A stretch of 64,000 nt of DNA from Anolis carolinensis (lineage: Eukaryota). The notes beneath the pieces are model-generated. The model was not told the DNA's origin. It saw only the letters and a program-made list of their open reading frames with translations, and did not search any database. The stretch covers positions 204,949,971-205,013,970 of the forward strand of contig NC_085843.1 in the NCBI RefSeq assembly GCF_035594765.1. Direction: 5' to 3'. The position numbers and the translations under genes were made by a program. Below, one piece after another: positions 63,728 to 64,000 of the stretch. Numbering within the stretch: the first letter of the stretch is position 1; each line of letters starts with the position of its first letter.

Positions 63728-64000
63728 GTATGACACAGCAAACAAGATAGACATGCTGGATTTCATATCACAAAATCACAAGTCGAACACTTCCCAAGTA
63801 TCTAGGACTGTGTGATGTATTTTTGGATGATGCGTGCAGATCCCAGTAGGGTGGCCTTTTGCAGTTGGCAGATCGTAATTTTATTATTATTATTATTGAC
63901 ACAACGACGTTGTATGACACAGCAAACAAGATACATATGCTGGGTTATGCTGCTGCAGATCCCAGCAGGGTGGCTTTTTGCAGTTGGCAGATCGTGATTT
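63728..64000 (-). mobile_element. Two tandem R4/Dong 3'-end fragments (63728-63882 and about 63893-64000)
   Basis: Both match the reverse complement of 52770-52948; separated by (TTA)n. Confidence 0.85.

Overview
This is AT-rich, repeat-dense vertebrate genomic DNA with two N gaps. The repeat repertoire (Sauria SINE, Anolis SINE2-like, CR1, L2, RTE, R4/Dong, Penelope, Helitron-like ends, many MITEs) points to a squamate, most likely an Anolis lizard. The whole window appears to lie inside one + strand gene. Four coding exons (37588-37659, 47877-47948, 55022-55093, 59363-59526) splice in frame into three LRR units plus an LRRCT cap of an ADGRA-family adhesion GPCR; the best guess is the long non-mammalian form of ADGRA1/GPR123, with ADGRA2 not excluded. 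Almost all ORFs in the supplied track are spurious or transposon-derived. The most notable non-coding observations are: (1) a Penelope-derived inverted repeat carrying a minimal hammerhead-ribozyme motif on each strand, one intact and one mutated; (2) a duplication-inversion-duplication scar with microhomology junctions; (3) R4/Dong retroelements repeatedly sitting in (TAA)n tracts that follow other LINE tails; (4) a nested Helitron-like complex with captured Penelope sequence; (5) inverted repeat pairs bracketing frame-symmetric exons. I do not see evidence for a wholly new multi-gene system. Repeat family names and paralog assignment are from recalled consensus sequences, not from searches.
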